A program made the translations under genes and the position numbers. Under the pieces are notes generated by a model. That model was given only the letters and a program-made list of their open reading frames with translations. It had not been told where the DNA came from and did no database searches. From Planktothrix sp. GU0601_MAG3 (lineage in GTDB: Bacteria; Cyanobacteriota; Cyanobacteriia; Cyanobacteriales; Microcoleaceae), in assembly GCA_035193785.1 (NCBI GenBank), contig CP136572.1, positions 544,001 to 608,000 of the forward strand: 64,000 nt of DNA. The letters run 5' to 3'. This document shows, in pieces, positions 23,450 to 35,505 of the stretch (position 1 is its first letter; the number at the start of each line of letters is the position of its first letter).

Positions 23450-23562
23450 TAGACATCTCCATAAACATTACTCTATTGAATCATGAGTGATCATTCTGTG
23501 ACTATCCGTAACGGGTTAAAAATAGAATACAATTTTTAGAAATAACTTGATGAGGGGAAAAA

Positions 23563-24672
23563 ATGGATTCGATTATTAGAGTAAATTTAGGTTCATTATC
23601 CTATAATATTGCTATCGGTGCTGGAAATTTAGACAGATTAGGGGAGGAGATGACCTCCTTAAATTTAGGTAAAAAAGTATTATTAGTTTCTAACCCGGAA
23701 ATCTTTAATTATTATGGAGAACGCACCCGCACGGCTTTAGAAAAAGCGGGGTTTGATGTGGCTATTTGTACCCTGCCCGCCGGAGAAGAATATAAAACCC
23801 CCGAAACCCTGCAAACAATTTATGATGCGGCGTTGAAACATAAATTAGAACGTTCCTCCACGATGGTTGCTTTAGGGGGAGGAATTATTGGAGATATGAC
23901 CGGATTTGCGGCGGCGACGTGGTTACGGGGGATTAATGTTGTGCAGGTTCCGACATCTTTATTAGCGATGGTCGATGCTTCTATTGGGGGGAAAACCGGG
24001 GTAAATCATCCCCAGGGAAAAAATTTAATTGGGGCGTTTCATCAACCCAAATTAGTCTTAATTGATCCAGATGTTTTGCTAACCCTTCCAGAACGAGAAT
24101 TTCGGGCGGGAATGGCAGAAGTGATTAAATATGGTGTGATTTGGGATCATAAATTATTTGACAAATTAGAACAATCCCAAAACTTAGATAATATTCAATC
24201 TTTAGATAGTGGATTGTTACAAGAAATTTTAACCCGTTCCTGTCAAAGTAAAGCCGATGTGGTGAGTCAGGATGAAAAAGAATCCGGGTTAAGAGCCATT
24301 TTGAATTATGGTCATACCATTGGTCATGCGGTTGAAAGTTTAACCGGATATACCGTGGTCATTCATGGGGAAGCGGTGGCAATTGGTATGGTCGCCGCCA
24401 GTCAAATTGCGCTGAAATTAGGATTATGGGATGAAGATAGCGATCGCCGTCAATTGGAGATTATGGAAAAGGCGAAATTACCGACCCAACTCCCCCCCGG
24501 ACTCAAGATTGATGAAATTTTAGAGAGTCTACAAACGGATAAAAAAGTTAAAGCTGGAAAAGTCCGATTTGTCTTAGCGACTCGCATTGGAGCCGCAACG
24601 GTAACAGATATTGTCACTTCTGATATAATCCGTCAGGTATTAGAAAATTCTCCCGTTCGTTGTCCGGCTTAA
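23563..24672 (+). CDS. aroB: 3-dehydroquinate synthase
   Basis: [53 protein letters not shown]. Confidence 0.97.
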   Translation: MDSIIRVNLGSLSYNIAIGAGNLDRLGEEMTSLNLGKKVLLVSNPEIFNYYGERTRTALEKAGFDVAICTLPAGEEYKTPETLQTIYDAALKHKLERSSTMVALGGGIIGDMTGFAAATWLRGINVVQVPTSLLAMVDASIGGKTGVNHPQGKNLIGAFHQPKLVLIDPDVLLTLPEREFRAGMAEVIKYGVIWDHKLFDKLEQSQNLDNIQSLDSGLLQEILTRSCQSKADVVSQDEKESGLRAILNYGHTIGHAVESLTGYTVVIHGEAVAIGMVAASQIALKLGLWDEDSDRRQLEIMEKAKLPTQLPPGLKIDEILESLQTDKKVKAGKVRFVLATRIGAATVTDIVTSDIIRQVLENSPVRCPA

Positions 24673-24881
24673 AACGGGAAAACGTCATATTCATGTCATC
24701 GAATTGACACATTAACTTCATATCCTGACGATAATCTATAAATCAAAGACAAGTTAACTCCTCACACCCAAATCACGTTTCGTTTCCTCACCACTGGCTC
24801 ATCACCGGTGGATTTTTTTTGCTTGATTATTTGTCGTAGTACACTGGAAAACACTGCACTTAAACTGGGCTAAACTCACCC

Positions 24882-25910
24882 ATGAGAAAATGGACTCCGA
24901 TTCTACTGTTAACCCTCTATTTACTGGCGGTGGGGGTAACAATTGGACTGAAAAATCAAGATTGGATTGTGGCTCAGGGGATGACATTATGGCAACAACA
25001 GCCCACTCCTGCAACCTTTGAGCGGGTGATGGCGGAAACAGTCTCTCCCCCCCCAGAACCCGCAGAGGCGAAACTGGTGGCCGATGAGAAGCCCCCGGAA
25101 CCGCCCAAGGAGAAGGAGCCAGAACCAGAAACCATAGTTAATGTTAATAATATTCCTGTACCTGGAACCTGCGCCCTACAACCCGACCCGAACCCGCCAG
25201 TTAATGGTAGACCTGGGCCACCTGTTAATCCCGTGACCTTATATCGGTTTCGCCGACCAACGGATGTACAAACGGCCAATCTTCAAGGGGGGGCGGGTTA
25301 CACTCCGAATGAATATCAGGCCATGGCGAATGGGACGAATTACGGACAGCGATTTTTATATGATATTAATGGCCAAGCGGTGAATAATGCCCCGATTGTG
25401 GTGCTCCATGAAACCGTATCGGATGTTTATAGTGCGGTGAATTTGTTTCAAAATCCCCAAGCTTCGGAGGATAATCAAGCCAGTTATCATACTTTAATTA
25501 TGTTAACGGGGGATATTGTTTATATTGTTCCCCCGGATTTGAGGGCTTTTGGTGCGGGTAATTCGGTATTTGTTAGTCCAACGGGAACGGAAACCGTAAA
25601 AACCCATCCCAAACGTCCTGCTTCGGTGAATAATTTTGCATATCATGTTTCTTTAGAAACCCCTGCGGATGGTCGAAATAATGCTAATTCTCACAGTGGT
25701 TATACCACCGCCCAATATCAATCTTTAGCCTGGTTAATAGCAAAAACTGGAGTTCCTGATGCTCGAATTACAACCCATGCGGCGGTTGACCGTTCGGGAG
25801 AAAGGCGAGATCCTAGAAGTTTTGATGCTCAACTGTTTTCGCAATATTTACAATCAATACCCCGGACTCAGGAAATTATGATTAGTTGTCAATCTGCCTA
25901 TCTGAATTAA
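24882..25910 (+). CDS. N-acetylmuramoyl-L-alanine amidase (Amidase_2 type), exported
   Basis: N-terminal signal/TM, IVVLHET, ASYH, RAFGAGNS, YHVSLET, ITTH..VDRSGERRDP. Confidence 0.85.
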   Translation: MRKWTPILLLTLYLLAVGVTIGLKNQDWIVAQGMTLWQQQPTPATFERVMAETVSPPPEPAEAKLVADEKPPEPPKEKEPEPETIVNVNNIPVPGTCALQPDPNPPVNGRPGPPVNPVTLYRFRRPTDVQTANLQGGAGYTPNEYQAMANGTNYGQRFLYDINGQAVNNAPIVVLHETVSDVYSAVNLFQNPQASEDNQASYHTLIMLTGDIVYIVPPDLRAFGAGNSVFVSPTGTETVKTHPKRPASVNNFAYHVSLETPADGRNNANSHSGYTTAQYQSLAWLIAKTGVPDARITTHAAVDRSGERRDPRSFDAQLFSQYLQSIPRTQEIMISCQSAYLN

Positions 25911-25916
25911 AATAGT

Positions 25917-25964
25917 TATAGTAGGGAATAGGGAATAGGGAACAGGGAACAGCTAATAGGGAAC
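25917..25964. repeat. STRR-type heptamer repeats (TAGGGAA/CAGGGAA)
   Basis: TAGGGAATAGGGAATAGGGAACAGGGAACAG. Confidence 0.8.
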
Positions 25965-25986
25965 CACCAAAATTTTTAAGGATACT

Positions 25987-26233
25987 ATGCAAGTTAAAGG
26001 GATAAAAAGAGGCAAAACAATTGAATTATTGCAAGATATTGACCTACCTGACGGCGTGGAAATTACCGTTGAAGTTAAAACAGTACCAATTTTAAGTTTA
26101 TCGGAAACGCCTGAACCGTTTAAGAGTTATTTTTGGAGCTTGGCAAAATCAACCAGAACTCGATGAGATTTTTTCAGAAATAGATAAAGAACGCCATGAC
26201 TATCAAGGCAGAAAAATGATTGATTTTGATTGA
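25987..26233 (+). CDS. Putative antitoxin upstream of a PIN-toxin remnant; frameshift near 26107
   Basis: MQVKGIKRGKTIELLQDIDLPDGVEITVEV...FGAWQNQPELDEIFSEIDKERH, ending 4 nt before the PIN start. Confidence 0.6.
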
Positions 26234-26237
26234 AACT

Positions 26238-26346
26238 ATGTATTTACTAGACACTAATATTTGTATTGCCTTATTAAAAAATAATCCTCTGGCTGTTTCT
26301 GAGTTTACCGTCAAAACAGAGAGATCATACCTGTCTACATTAATAT
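26238..26346 (+). pseudogene. VapC/PIN toxin, truncated after ~36 codons
   Basis: MYLLDTNICIALLK is a PIN N-terminal motif. Similarity ends at the stop codon of the convergent NFACT gene. Confidence 0.75.
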
Positions 26347-28076
26347 CACAACGCAATTTTTGCCTGGTGAGGAATGCCCCAAATCACGGTTTCATGTTTA
26401 TAAATTACCATCCCAGGTTTAGCCCCTTTGGGTTTATAAACGTGCTTAGGTTTAGTATAAATAACCGGAACTTGTTCACTATTTCTAGCCCGACTATAAT
26501 AGGCTGCTAAATTAGCGGTAAACTGTAAATCAATATCATCAGCCACCTGCCCGGGATTTAATCTTAATAATACATGACTTCCGGGGATTTCTTGAGTATG
26601 AAACCACAAATCATAATCCGTTGCTAGTTTAAAGGTTAACTGATCATTTTGACGATTATTTCTACCAATTATAACCTCAATTCCGTTGGGGGTTTGATAA
26701 CGATGGAATTCTGTGGATAAAGTAGCATTAGGACTGCGATAATCAGGAATATTAATATACCCCTGTTGAATTAACTCCTCTCGGATTTCAGCCAAGGTTT
26801 GTAAATCTTCGGCGGTTTGATAGGTTTCAACTAAACTAATCGCTGACTCGACTTGTTCTAAATAGTTGATTTCGGTTTTAACTTCATTTAAAAGTGGTTC
26901 AACGGCAATTCTCGCCCGTTTTAACTTTTGATGTCGTTTATATAAACTTTGAGCGTTTTGGACGGCATTACTCTCTGGATTTAAGGGTATTTTAACCGGG
27001 TTTCCCGTCTCAAAATCCGGTAACTGAATCTCTTTCATCCCTGGTTTCCACTCGTGCAGAAAAGCCATTAATAAATCTGCTTTTGCCCGATAATCGTCAG
27101 CTTGATCGGATTGTTGTAACCGTTGAATAAATTGATCCGCTTTAACTTGTAATTTAGTTAAAACGCTATTAATTTTTTGACTAACTTGATGACGCAGTTG
27201 CTGAAATTCCTGTTGATTTAATTGATTTGTATAATAGGTATTCAGTAAAATTTGAACCGATTTAACTTCAGAAATATTTTCTAAATTCCAAGGAATAATA
27301 TCATAGCCCTTTGCGGTATAATAGGGAATAAAATTATTATTTTCTAGGGTTTTTAGCCAAGTTTGCCAACTTTTAAATAATTGATTCCAGTCTTCTGTAG
27401 TTAAAGTATCAGTGGGTTGAGTCGGATCTAAATTAGCCGCTTCAATCATTGCTTGAACTAAGCCAGAACTTAAACCTCGATAGTTTTTTAACAGTTGTTT
27501 TTTTAACGCACTGGGAATTAAACTAACCCGTTCTTGCCAACGGGATTGATCTTCATTTAAACTCGGAATTGGTTCGGTTAATTTAGGGGGAAGTTCATAG
27601 AATTGATTGGTTAAAATCGGTCGAACACTCGATTGTTGTAAATTGACTTGATGGGCAGCCGTAACAATAATATTATCCGATCCTGTTAAAATAATATTAC
27701 TATATTTTCCCATAATTTCCACATACAAATGCCACAGGGGATCATCCCCGGGACGGTGGGAAAATTGCAGATCTAAAATTCTTTCCCAGGGGTCAACTTG
27801 CCGAATTTCAACTAATGCTAATCCCGCCAATTGATGCCGAAGTTGATCACTAAAAGTAAAGGTATCGGGAATGCGAGGAGGGGAATCTCCGATGCAAATT
27901 CTCGCCGCTTGGGGATGCCAAGAAATATCAAGCCAGCCTCGACGGTTTAGGGTGCGTAACCCCAAAGAAATGGTAAAGCGATCGCGTTGATACACCTGTT
28001 CTAACCGCGCTGGAAGCCAGTCTTGTCGCAGTTCACCACAACTGGCGATTAATGTTGTTAAATCAAAAGATTGCAT
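26346..28076 (-). CDS. rqcH: NFACT/FbpA-family (RqcH) ribosome quality-control protein
   Basis: LYVEIMGKYSNIIL, NAQSLYKRHQKLKRA, IGRNNRQNDQL, DLWFHTQEIPGSHV, VYKPKGAKPGMV. Confidence 0.9.
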   Translation of the reverse strand: MQSFDLTTLIASCGELRQDWLPARLEQVYQRDRFTISLGLRTLNRRGWLDISWHPQAARICIGDSPPRIPDTFTFSDQLRHQLAGLALVEIRQVDPWERILDLQFSHRPGDDPLWHLYVEIMGKYSNIILTGSDNIIVTAAHQVNLQQSSVRPILTNQFYELPPKLTEPIPSLNEDQSRWQERVSLIPSALKKQLLKNYRGLSSGLVQAMIEAANLDPTQPTDTLTTEDWNQLFKSWQTWLKTLENNNFIPYYTAKGYDIIPWNLENISEVKSVQILLNTYYTNQLNQQEFQQLRHQVSQKINSVLTKLQVKADQFIQRLQQSDQADDYRAKADLLMAFLHEWKPGMKEIQLPDFETGNPVKIPLNPESNAVQNAQSLYKRHQKLKRARIAVEPLLNEVKTEINYLEQVESAISLVETYQTAEDLQTLAEIREELIQQGYINIPDYRSPNATLSTEFHRYQTPNGIEVIIGRNNRQNDQLTFKLATDYDLWFHTQEIPGSHVLLRLNPGQVADDIDLQFTANLAAYYSRARNSEQVPVIYTKPKHVYKPKGAKPGMVIYKHETVIWGIPHQAKIAL

Positions 28077-28187
28077 AATATTTTCCCGATCGCCTTAACC
28101 ATTACCCATTGTCTCATTATTTTTCCCCACCTGACCTAATCTTTCAAAATCAGATTATTTGAGAGAAAAATCTCCCGCTTTAACCCG

Positions 28188-30111
28188 TTAAACTGTTCCC
28201 TGCTGTAAATAAAATTGAAACCGTTGCTGCATTTGTTCTATTGTTAGTTTTTGTGTCCAATATTCCACCAAAGCATGACCAAATGCCCAAGCATTTTTTT
28301 CCGGGGGATTGGGATTTTCTAAAAGTAACGGCCAGAGAGATAGTAAATCAAAATTAATCGGATCAGACTCTCCTGAATTTAACAATAAAAATAAGTCATA
28401 GGCCATCTGTAATTTGCCAATCACCACGGGTAATTGTTCAACCGGAATTTTTTCTGCGAGTAATAATGCTAAAGTAGGTGATCCTGTGGCCAAGGTGGAA
28501 ATAAAACTCAGAATTGGACTTTTTAATAAAGCCGCTAATCCTTGAGTTGTTGCCATTTGAAAAGTATAATGATCAATTATTTTAGCCGTTGCTAAAATCC
28601 GAGCTTCTTGATTTTGTAAAAATCGAGCTAAACGCATTTGTTTAGCGGGATTAATCGTTTCTAAAATGGCAATTGATAACCAATCTACCCCCCAAGGTTG
28701 GCGCTGGGTTTGACTATCTTGGGTAACAATTGGTAACACGCGATCGCAATATTCTCCTAACTGTTCTAATCGGTATTCTGTGGCTTCTCGAATCGCTTTT
28801 TCTTTCGGAAGATTTCCCCACTGCCAATCATAGGGTGGTTGCCATTCGCGGATGGGACGTAAGCGATCAACTTGGGTAACAATTGTAATAACTGGTAACT
28901 CTAATTCCTGTTGTTTAATCTCGCGTAAAAAATCCACATCCATCTGCAAAGCTGGGTCAAGGGCGGGAGTAACTAATAATAATAAATCGGCGTTAGTTGC
29001 ATAGTCTAAAACCTGTTCTCGTAATTCAGGATGATTCACCTGTTCATAACCCGGAGTATCCCACAAATTCAGGCTTTCTCCGGCGTCGGTTTGCCACTGA
29101 TAATTTTGGATCTGATCGGTACTGGGTAAGACATCGACGACGGCTTGATCCATTTGAAATAAGGTATTAATCAAACTACTTTTTCCCGCCCCTGTACGGC
29201 CAACTAAGAGCAAATTAACGGGTTTTTGTTCTAAGGTTTCAATCGGTTCTGTCGTTGTTAGAATATCCCGAATGGTTTGGGTTTTTGCTTGAGGAAAGGA
29301 AAGATTATTAACGGAAAATTCCGTTGTGGGTAAGGTGTCTCCACCGTAAAGAGTGATCGCTTGACAGCACAAATTTCTCAAAGCCACTTCCCGTAAAGAT
29401 TGACCTAAATTAACTAATAGTTGTTGTGTGGCTTGATTGGTGGTTTTTTGAGTCGAAACCCGCGCCAAAGCGGATACTGGATTTAACAGCCATTGCGCCC
29501 AATTCCAGACTTTTAAAAGTTTACGCGCCGAGGGTTCTAACTTCTGATAAACTTGATAGGTTTGATAGGCTTGTCCAACGGTTACTTGATTTAAAGCTGG
29601 AGATAATTTTTGGATTAATTTATCTAAATCATCCATAGTTCCCCGCATTAATTGATAGGCTTGGGGAATATAAATACTCAAAATAGGATATTGAACTTCA
29701 GGATGATAAATATTAGCTACGGTTGTCACTACTTCTTGACAGCGTTTCCAAAAAATTGAACTATCTTCCCAAATTAGCGGATCATTCTGGGCTGCTTTTA
29801 AAATTTCTTGTAGGGCTATTTCGACTTGATTAATATTGGGATTTGTAGAAGGTTGTAATCTCGATTGATCTAAGGATGATTCTAGTTCTTGATTGAATTT
29901 AGCGGTGATGGCTTCCATCTCTTTAAACATTGGTTGAGTCCATCGAAACTAATAACCAACGCCAACCGACAAACATTAGGGTAAATACGGCCCAAATCCA
30001 ATTTATTCCCCAATAATGAATCGTGACCCCCGCCGCCGTTAGCAAAAAAATCACAATCATTGCCATCGGCGTGATCAATACCATCCATTGCCATTGTTTG
30101 AGTCTAATCAT
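28188..30111 (-). CDS. Membrane-anchored P-loop GTPase (MMR_HSR1/YeeP-like); frameshift near 29945
   Basis: Two N-terminal TMs (MIRLKQWQWMVLITP...), G1 GRTGAGKSS, G3 DTPG, G4 TQVD. Confidence 0.8.
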
Positions 30112-30246
30112 CGTTGCTTCCTCAAAATTTATAGACTATTGTTAAAGATAGATCATTCAATCGGAATTTAACCGATTAAGAAAGTGCGATTGTAAGTCAA
30201 CAAGATCCGCTAAAATGTTAATGTTGACTAAAATTGAGTCGTTCCA

Positions 30247-31330
30247 ATGGATAATTTACCCCCAGATTCTCAGGATAGTGCTTTTTGGAACCAGATTAGC
30301 ACAAATGGTTTAGTGCGATTTTTATTATTTTTTGCCTCTGGATGGGCATTAATTTTAATTTTTAACTATTTTGAAAGTATCTTTTTTACCTTTATTTTAG
30401 CTGCTATTTTTGCGTTTCTTCTCAACTATCCTGTGCGATATTTAGAACGCTATTTGGGTCGAGGATTTGCGTTAGGAATTGTCCTAGTTTTGAGTCTATT
30501 TATTGTAGTTGCAACCGGGTTATCCCTGGGAACAATGTTTTTCAATCAGTTTCAACAACTTCTCTCCCTTGTGGTTGAAAATTTCACCTCAACCGACAAT
30601 CCGTTTGATCAATTACAAGAGTTTCTAAGCAATCGGAAAGTTAATATTAATCTCGCCCCCCTAGAATCGGAATTTAATAAATCTTTAGTAGCATTCGCCA
30701 GTGTTCTTGTCGGTGCTTTTTCTTCTTTGCCAAATACATTACTTTCATTTATTATCATTTTTGTTATTTCATTTTTCATGCTAATTGATGGTGAAAGACT
30801 ATGGTTTTTATTGTTAAAAATAATTCCTTATAGCCATCGGAGTCAGTTTTCTTTAGCTGTTAAAAGAAGTTTTTTAGGTTTCTTTCGAGGTCAACTTTTA
30901 CTCTCGCTTTTTTTGGCGATATCTAGTTTTATAGTCTATAGTATCTTGGGAATACCGTTTTCTTTATCTCTAGCGATTATTATTGGCTTATTTGATTTTA
31001 TCCCGGGAATTGGGGCAACTTTGGGAATTTTAAGCATTAGTTTAATTATTTTAATTCAAAGTGGCTGGTTTGTGATGTTAAAAGTCGTGGTCGCGAGTGT
31101 GATTTTACAGCAAATTCAGGATAATTTTATTGGCCCTAGAATTATGCAAAGTTCGGTTAATATTAACCCTGTAGTTTTGTTTTTTGCTTTAATGATTGGG
31201 GCCAGAATTGCTGGGATTTTAGGCGTATTTCTATCCGTTTCCTATTGCGGGCGTGATTGTAAACTTATTAGATATTGAAGAAATGCAATCTAAAGAGGGA
31301 AGTAAGGATTATCTGGAGACAAAATCCTAA
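30247..31330 (+). CDS. AI-2E family transporter; frameshift near 31240
   Basis: AFLLNYPV, GFFRGQLL, FIPGIGA, QIQDNFIGPRIM, NPVVLFFAL. The corrected C-terminus SVPIAGVIV... ends at 31330. Confidence 0.9.
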
Positions 31331-31347
31331 CCTATAAACCGGGTTTA

Positions 31348-32569
31348 TTAATAAGTTCTTCCTTTCCAGCTTCCCCCTTTTCCTCGCCAATATCTCAAGG
31401 CTGAATCTAAAGTCATTAACCCATATAAAAATCCAATCCAGGGTAAAGTTAACCCCCAAATGGGAGAAAGTTGATAGAGTTTTAGGGTGGGATAATAGGC
31501 AATTTCCATTAATACCCCCGTTAATAAAGCTAGGACTATAATTAATCCATTTCCCTGAACAATTCCCCAAATTAAACTCAGAGGAGACATTAAATAAATC
31601 AGAATCATCCCTATCAGGGTTAATCCTAATAAAATAGTGGAAAAATTCAGTTGACTAAATGCTGTCCTAGCTACCATATCCCAAATACTTGATAAATTAG
31701 GATAGGGTCTTAAACTATAGGTGGTTTCTGTTAACCCTAACCAAATAGGATAATAGGATTTTGAGGTAAAAGGAAAGATAAAACTCCCCAGAGAAAATCC
31801 CTGGTTATTCGGGGAATTCAATTTCACCGCTTGTGCTAGGGAAACAATCATCAATTAAAGCTTGTTTTAATATTGCTAAACCCCCAATTCTAGTTAATGC
31901 TTCCTGACGAATTAAAATACATCCTCCTGCGGCTGCTGCGAGTTGACTTTGGGGATGATTTACCCAACGAAAAGGATATAATTTTTGAAAGAAAAATACA
32001 AAAGCGGGAATTAATAAGTTTTCCCAAAAACTTTGACACCGTAATAATACCATTAGGGATACTAATTGTAATTGTTCAGTTTCCGCTTTTTCAACTAATT
32101 GCTTTAAATTATTAGGAGAATGTGCAATATCAGCATCGGTAAATAAAATATATTGGGGGATATAATTTAACATAGAACTATATTTAACTCCCTGTTCCAT
32201 CGCCCAAAGTTTACCCGTCCATCCCGTAGGTAAGGGTTGAGAGGTAATAATATTTAACCTGTCTGTTTGATTTAATAATTTAGCGGTTTCTTGGGCAATA
32301 TTTGCTGTATTATCACTACTTTGATCATCAACTAAAATAATAGAAAATGCACCAGGATAGTTTTGATTTAGTAGCGATCGCAAACTGCTAGAAATTAACT
32401 CCGCTTCATTTCTAGCCGGAATAATTACGGTAACTGAAGGATAATTTAATAAAGGTTTTTGAACCTCAGAAAGCCGTTGATCTCCTCGCCAAAACTGCCC
32501 TCGAAACATTAATAATACAATCCATATTATTAACGATAATAGCGTTAAAATTAAAACTAAATTTTCCAT
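31348..32569 (-). CDS. hpnB: Hopanoid-associated GT2 glycosyltransferase (HpnB-like); frameshift near 31845
   Basis: IIPARNEA, VDDQSSD, GWTGKLWA, FTDADI, AAAAGGCIL, ALIDDC, W.MVARTAF.QL, GGSWKGRTY; close to shc. Confidence 0.85.
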
Positions 32570-32576
32570 TTTATAA

Positions 32577-32852
32577 TCAATAAATACTCGCGGTTTTTAA
32601 CTGTATCGGTTGCTGGGATAGATGGGAATACAATACGTCAGGGTCTAAGTCAGCACCGCTATCCCAATAAACAGTTCCCCACTCGCTAGAAAGTTTAACT
32701 TGATTAAAGTAATCAGGGTTTTTTAGAGGTTCAAATACCCCGGTAAACTGAACGAGTTTAGACACATCAATTACCCCTTCTACTCCATCTTCAAAACGAA
32801 GTCTTAGCTGGTAATTTATTAATGGATGAACTTCAACAATATCTTTAAGCAT
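32577..32852 (-). CDS. DUF2442-domain protein (putative antitoxin)
   Basis: YQLRLRFEDG..G.ID...FNQVKL..GTVYWDSGADLDPDVLY. Preceded by an NKIEPLE* remnant typical of the end of DUF4160 partner genes. Confidence 0.8.
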   Translation of the reverse strand: MLKDIVEVHPLINYQLRLRFEDGVEGVIDVSKLVQFTGVFEPLKNPDYFNQVKLSSEWGTVYWDSGADLDPDVLYSHLSQQPIQLKTASIY

Positions 32853-33008
32853 GATTTACTCCAGGGGTTCAATTTTATTCAAAATTAGCTTTAAAATTTA
32901 TTATATAATAAATTTATGATTAATTCAATAAAAAACATGATAGGATGTCTATAATCAATTAAAGAAATGATATACTCAAAAATAGTATTAGGAGTTAAAC
33001 AGATAACA

Positions 33009-34958
33009 ATGGAAATAGAAAATCAAGTCTCTGTAACTCAATTAAAAGATGCGATCGCAGCCAGTCAAAACTTTCTATTCTCTCAACAAGATCCCGACGG
33101 TTATTGGTGGGCAGAATTAGAATCTAACGTAACAATTATATCAGAAATTATCCTTTTATACAAGATTTGGGGAACCGATCAAACTCGCCCTTTATCTAAG
33201 GCTGAAAACTACTTACGTTCCCAACAACGAGATCATGGAGGTTGGGAATTATTTTATGGAGATGGCGGGGAACTCAGTACCACCGTTGAAGCGTATATGG
33301 CATTAAAAATATTAGGGGTATCTGAAACAGATTCCGCCTTAATTAAAGCCAAAAAATTTATTTTAGAACGGGGTGGAATTACCAAAACTCGAATTTTTAC
33401 TAAGCTACATTTAGCCCTAATTGGGTGTTATGACTGGCGGGGTATTCCCTCAATTCCCCCTTGGATTATGTTATTACCCGAGGGTTCACCTTTTACCATT
33501 TATGAAATGTCTAGTTGGGCGAGAAGTAGTACCGTTCCTTTGTTAATTGTCTTTGATAAAAAACCTGTTTTTCGGTTTGATTCTAGTCTAAATTTAGATG
33601 AATTGTATGTAGAAGAACGACAAAATGCTATTTTTGAACTGTCTAAAAATAATGATTGGACAGATATATTTATTGGGTTAGATAATATTTTCAAATTTGC
33701 CGAATTATTGAATATTGTTCCCTTACGAGAACAGGGGTTAAAAGCCGCAGAAAAATGGATTTTAGAACGGCAAGAAATAACCGGAGATTGGGCAGGAATT
33801 ATCCCAGCCATGTTAAATTCTTTATTGGCGTTAAAATGCTTAAATTATTCGGTATCTGATCCGATTGTTCAACGGGGTTTAGAAGCTATAGATAATTTTG
33901 CCATAGAAACAGAAGAAAGTTATCGAATGCAAGCCTGTGTGTCTCCAGTTTGGGATACAGCTTGGGTAGTTCGAGCTTTAATAGAATCAGGAATTGCTCC
34001 TAATCATGGTGCTATTATAAAAAGTTCAGAATGGTTAATCCGGCAACAAATCTTAGATTATGGCGATTGGAATATTAAAAATAAACAGGGAAAACCTGGG
34101 GGATGGGCGTTTGAATTTGTGAATCGATTTTATCCTGATTTAGATGATTCTGCCGTGGTGGTTATGGCATTAAATCAAGCTAGAATTAATGATGAATCAT
34201 TGAAAATAGCAACGATGATTAGGGGGATTGACTGGATGATCTCAATGCAGTGTAAAGCCGGAGGTTGGGCAGCTTTTGATATAGATAATGATCAGGATTG
34301 GATTAATGCAGTTCCCTATGGGGATTTAAAAGCCATGATTGATCCAAATACGGCGGATGTGACGGCGAGAGTGATTGAAATGTTGGGAGAATTAGACCCT
34401 AATTCATCGGAATTTCAATTAAAAATTCAATCTTTGAAACCTTCAATTGAACGAGCGATTTCCTATTTAAAACAGGAACAGGAAACCGATGGCAGTTGGT
34501 TCGGGCGTTGGGGCGTAAATTATATTTATGGAACCAGTGGGGTATTATCTGCTTTAGGGCTAATTAATCCTATTTATAAAAGTTGGGGTCATGGTTGTCT
34601 TCAACCCTTGATGAAACGAGGCGCAAATTGGTTAGTTAGTTGTCAAAATATTGATGGGGGTTGGGGGGAAACTTGCCATAGTTATAATCACCCTAAATTG
34701 AAAGGAAAAGGAGTTAGTACCGCCTCACAAACGGCTTGGGCGTTAATTGGTTTGATGGCAACGGAATGTGAACAAATAGAGGTAATTCAAAGGGGAATTA
34801 ACTATTTAATTTCAACACAACTTTCCGACGGTCGCTGGGATGAATCGGAATTTACGGGAACGGGATTTCCGGGTCATTTTTATATCAAATATCATTACTA
34901 TCAACATTATTTTCCGTTGTTAGCATTGGGTCGTTATCAAAAGTTACAAGAACTTTAA
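33009..34958 (+). CDS. shc: Squalene-hopene cyclase
   Basis: QDPDGYWWAELESN, SPVWDTA, catalytic YPDLDDSA (DXDD), QW repeats, GRWGVNYIYGT, FTGTGFP. Confidence 0.97.
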   Translation: MEIENQVSVTQLKDAIAASQNFLFSQQDPDGYWWAELESNVTIISEIILLYKIWGTDQTRPLSKAENYLRSQQRDHGGWELFYGDGGELSTTVEAYMALKILGVSETDSALIKAKKFILERGGITKTRIFTKLHLALIGCYDWRGIPSIPPWIMLLPEGSPFTIYEMSSWARSSTVPLLIVFDKKPVFRFDSSLNLDELYVEERQNAIFELSKNNDWTDIFIGLDNIFKFAELLNIVPLREQGLKAAEKWILERQEITGDWAGIIPAMLNSLLALKCLNYSVSDPIVQRGLEAIDNFAIETEESYRMQACVSPVWDTAWVVRALIESGIAPNHGAIIKSSEWLIRQQILDYGDWNIKNKQGKPGGWAFEFVNRFYPDLDDSAVVVMALNQARINDESLKIATMIRGIDWMISMQCKAGGWAAFDIDNDQDWINAVPYGDLKAMIDPNTADVTARVIEMLGELDPNSSEFQLKIQSLKPSIERAISYLKQEQETDGSWFGRWGVNYIYGTSGVLSALGLINPIYKSWGHGCLQPLMKRGANWLVSCQNIDGGWGETCHSYNHPKLKGKGVSTASQTAWALIGLMATECEQIEVIQRGINYLISTQLSDGRWDESEFTGTGFPGHFYIKYHYYQHYFPLLALGRYQKLQEL

Positions 34959-35055
34959 CTCGATATGTAGCGGGTTATCTGTCAGCAAGGGATTGAAGGT
35001 TTATAATTTGGGGAATTAGGGCTAAAGCCCAACAACAAATTAATTTGAATTAAAC

Positions 35056-35505
35056 ATGGGTCATCGAGAAAAAGTTATTGTTTTATTGGGTGTAATTGCA
35101 TCAATTACATCTTTGGTAATTGGGATGGCAAGGACAGCTACGGTATCGGAAAAAACTATGGTAAAACCGGATTATCAGCGATTGGAGCATTTGTTATTAG
35201 CAAAACAATTCACAAAAGCTGAACTACAAACCTATAGAATTATGCTGTTAGTTTTAGGAAAAAATCCGAAATATTCTGCTCCAATTGAGTTAAAAAAACG
35301 GGATATTGCTAAACTTCCCTGTAAAGATTTAAGGAAAATAGAAAAAATTTGGCATCCTTATACCCAGGGAAGTATTCATTTTAGAAATAAAACTATCAGT
35401 TGGCAAAATGATCAACAAAATTTAAGTTCTGCGATTATTTCTCGCCTGGAGAGTTGTCAAATTGAAGCCCTCAAAAATTCTCAGATTAAGCCAAATTTTC
35501 TCTAA
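35056..35505 (+). CDS. Exported GUN4-like domain protein
   Basis: Signal-like N-terminus; DYQRLEHLL...KAELQT..IML and LPCKDLRKIEKIW resemble the GUN4 core. Confidence 0.55.
   Translation: MGHREKVIVLLGVIASITSLVIGMARTATVSEKTMVKPDYQRLEHLLLAKQFTKAELQTYRIMLLVLGKNPKYSAPIELKKRDIAKLPCKDLRKIEKIWHPYTQGSIHFRNKTISWQNDQQNLSSAIISRLESCQIEALKNSQIKPNFL

Noticed and set aside
26220..26510. 96-aa PIN toxin ORF as listed in the track
   Set aside because: Only the first ~36 codons from ATG 26238 are PIN-like; the rest is antisense read-through into the NFACT gene.
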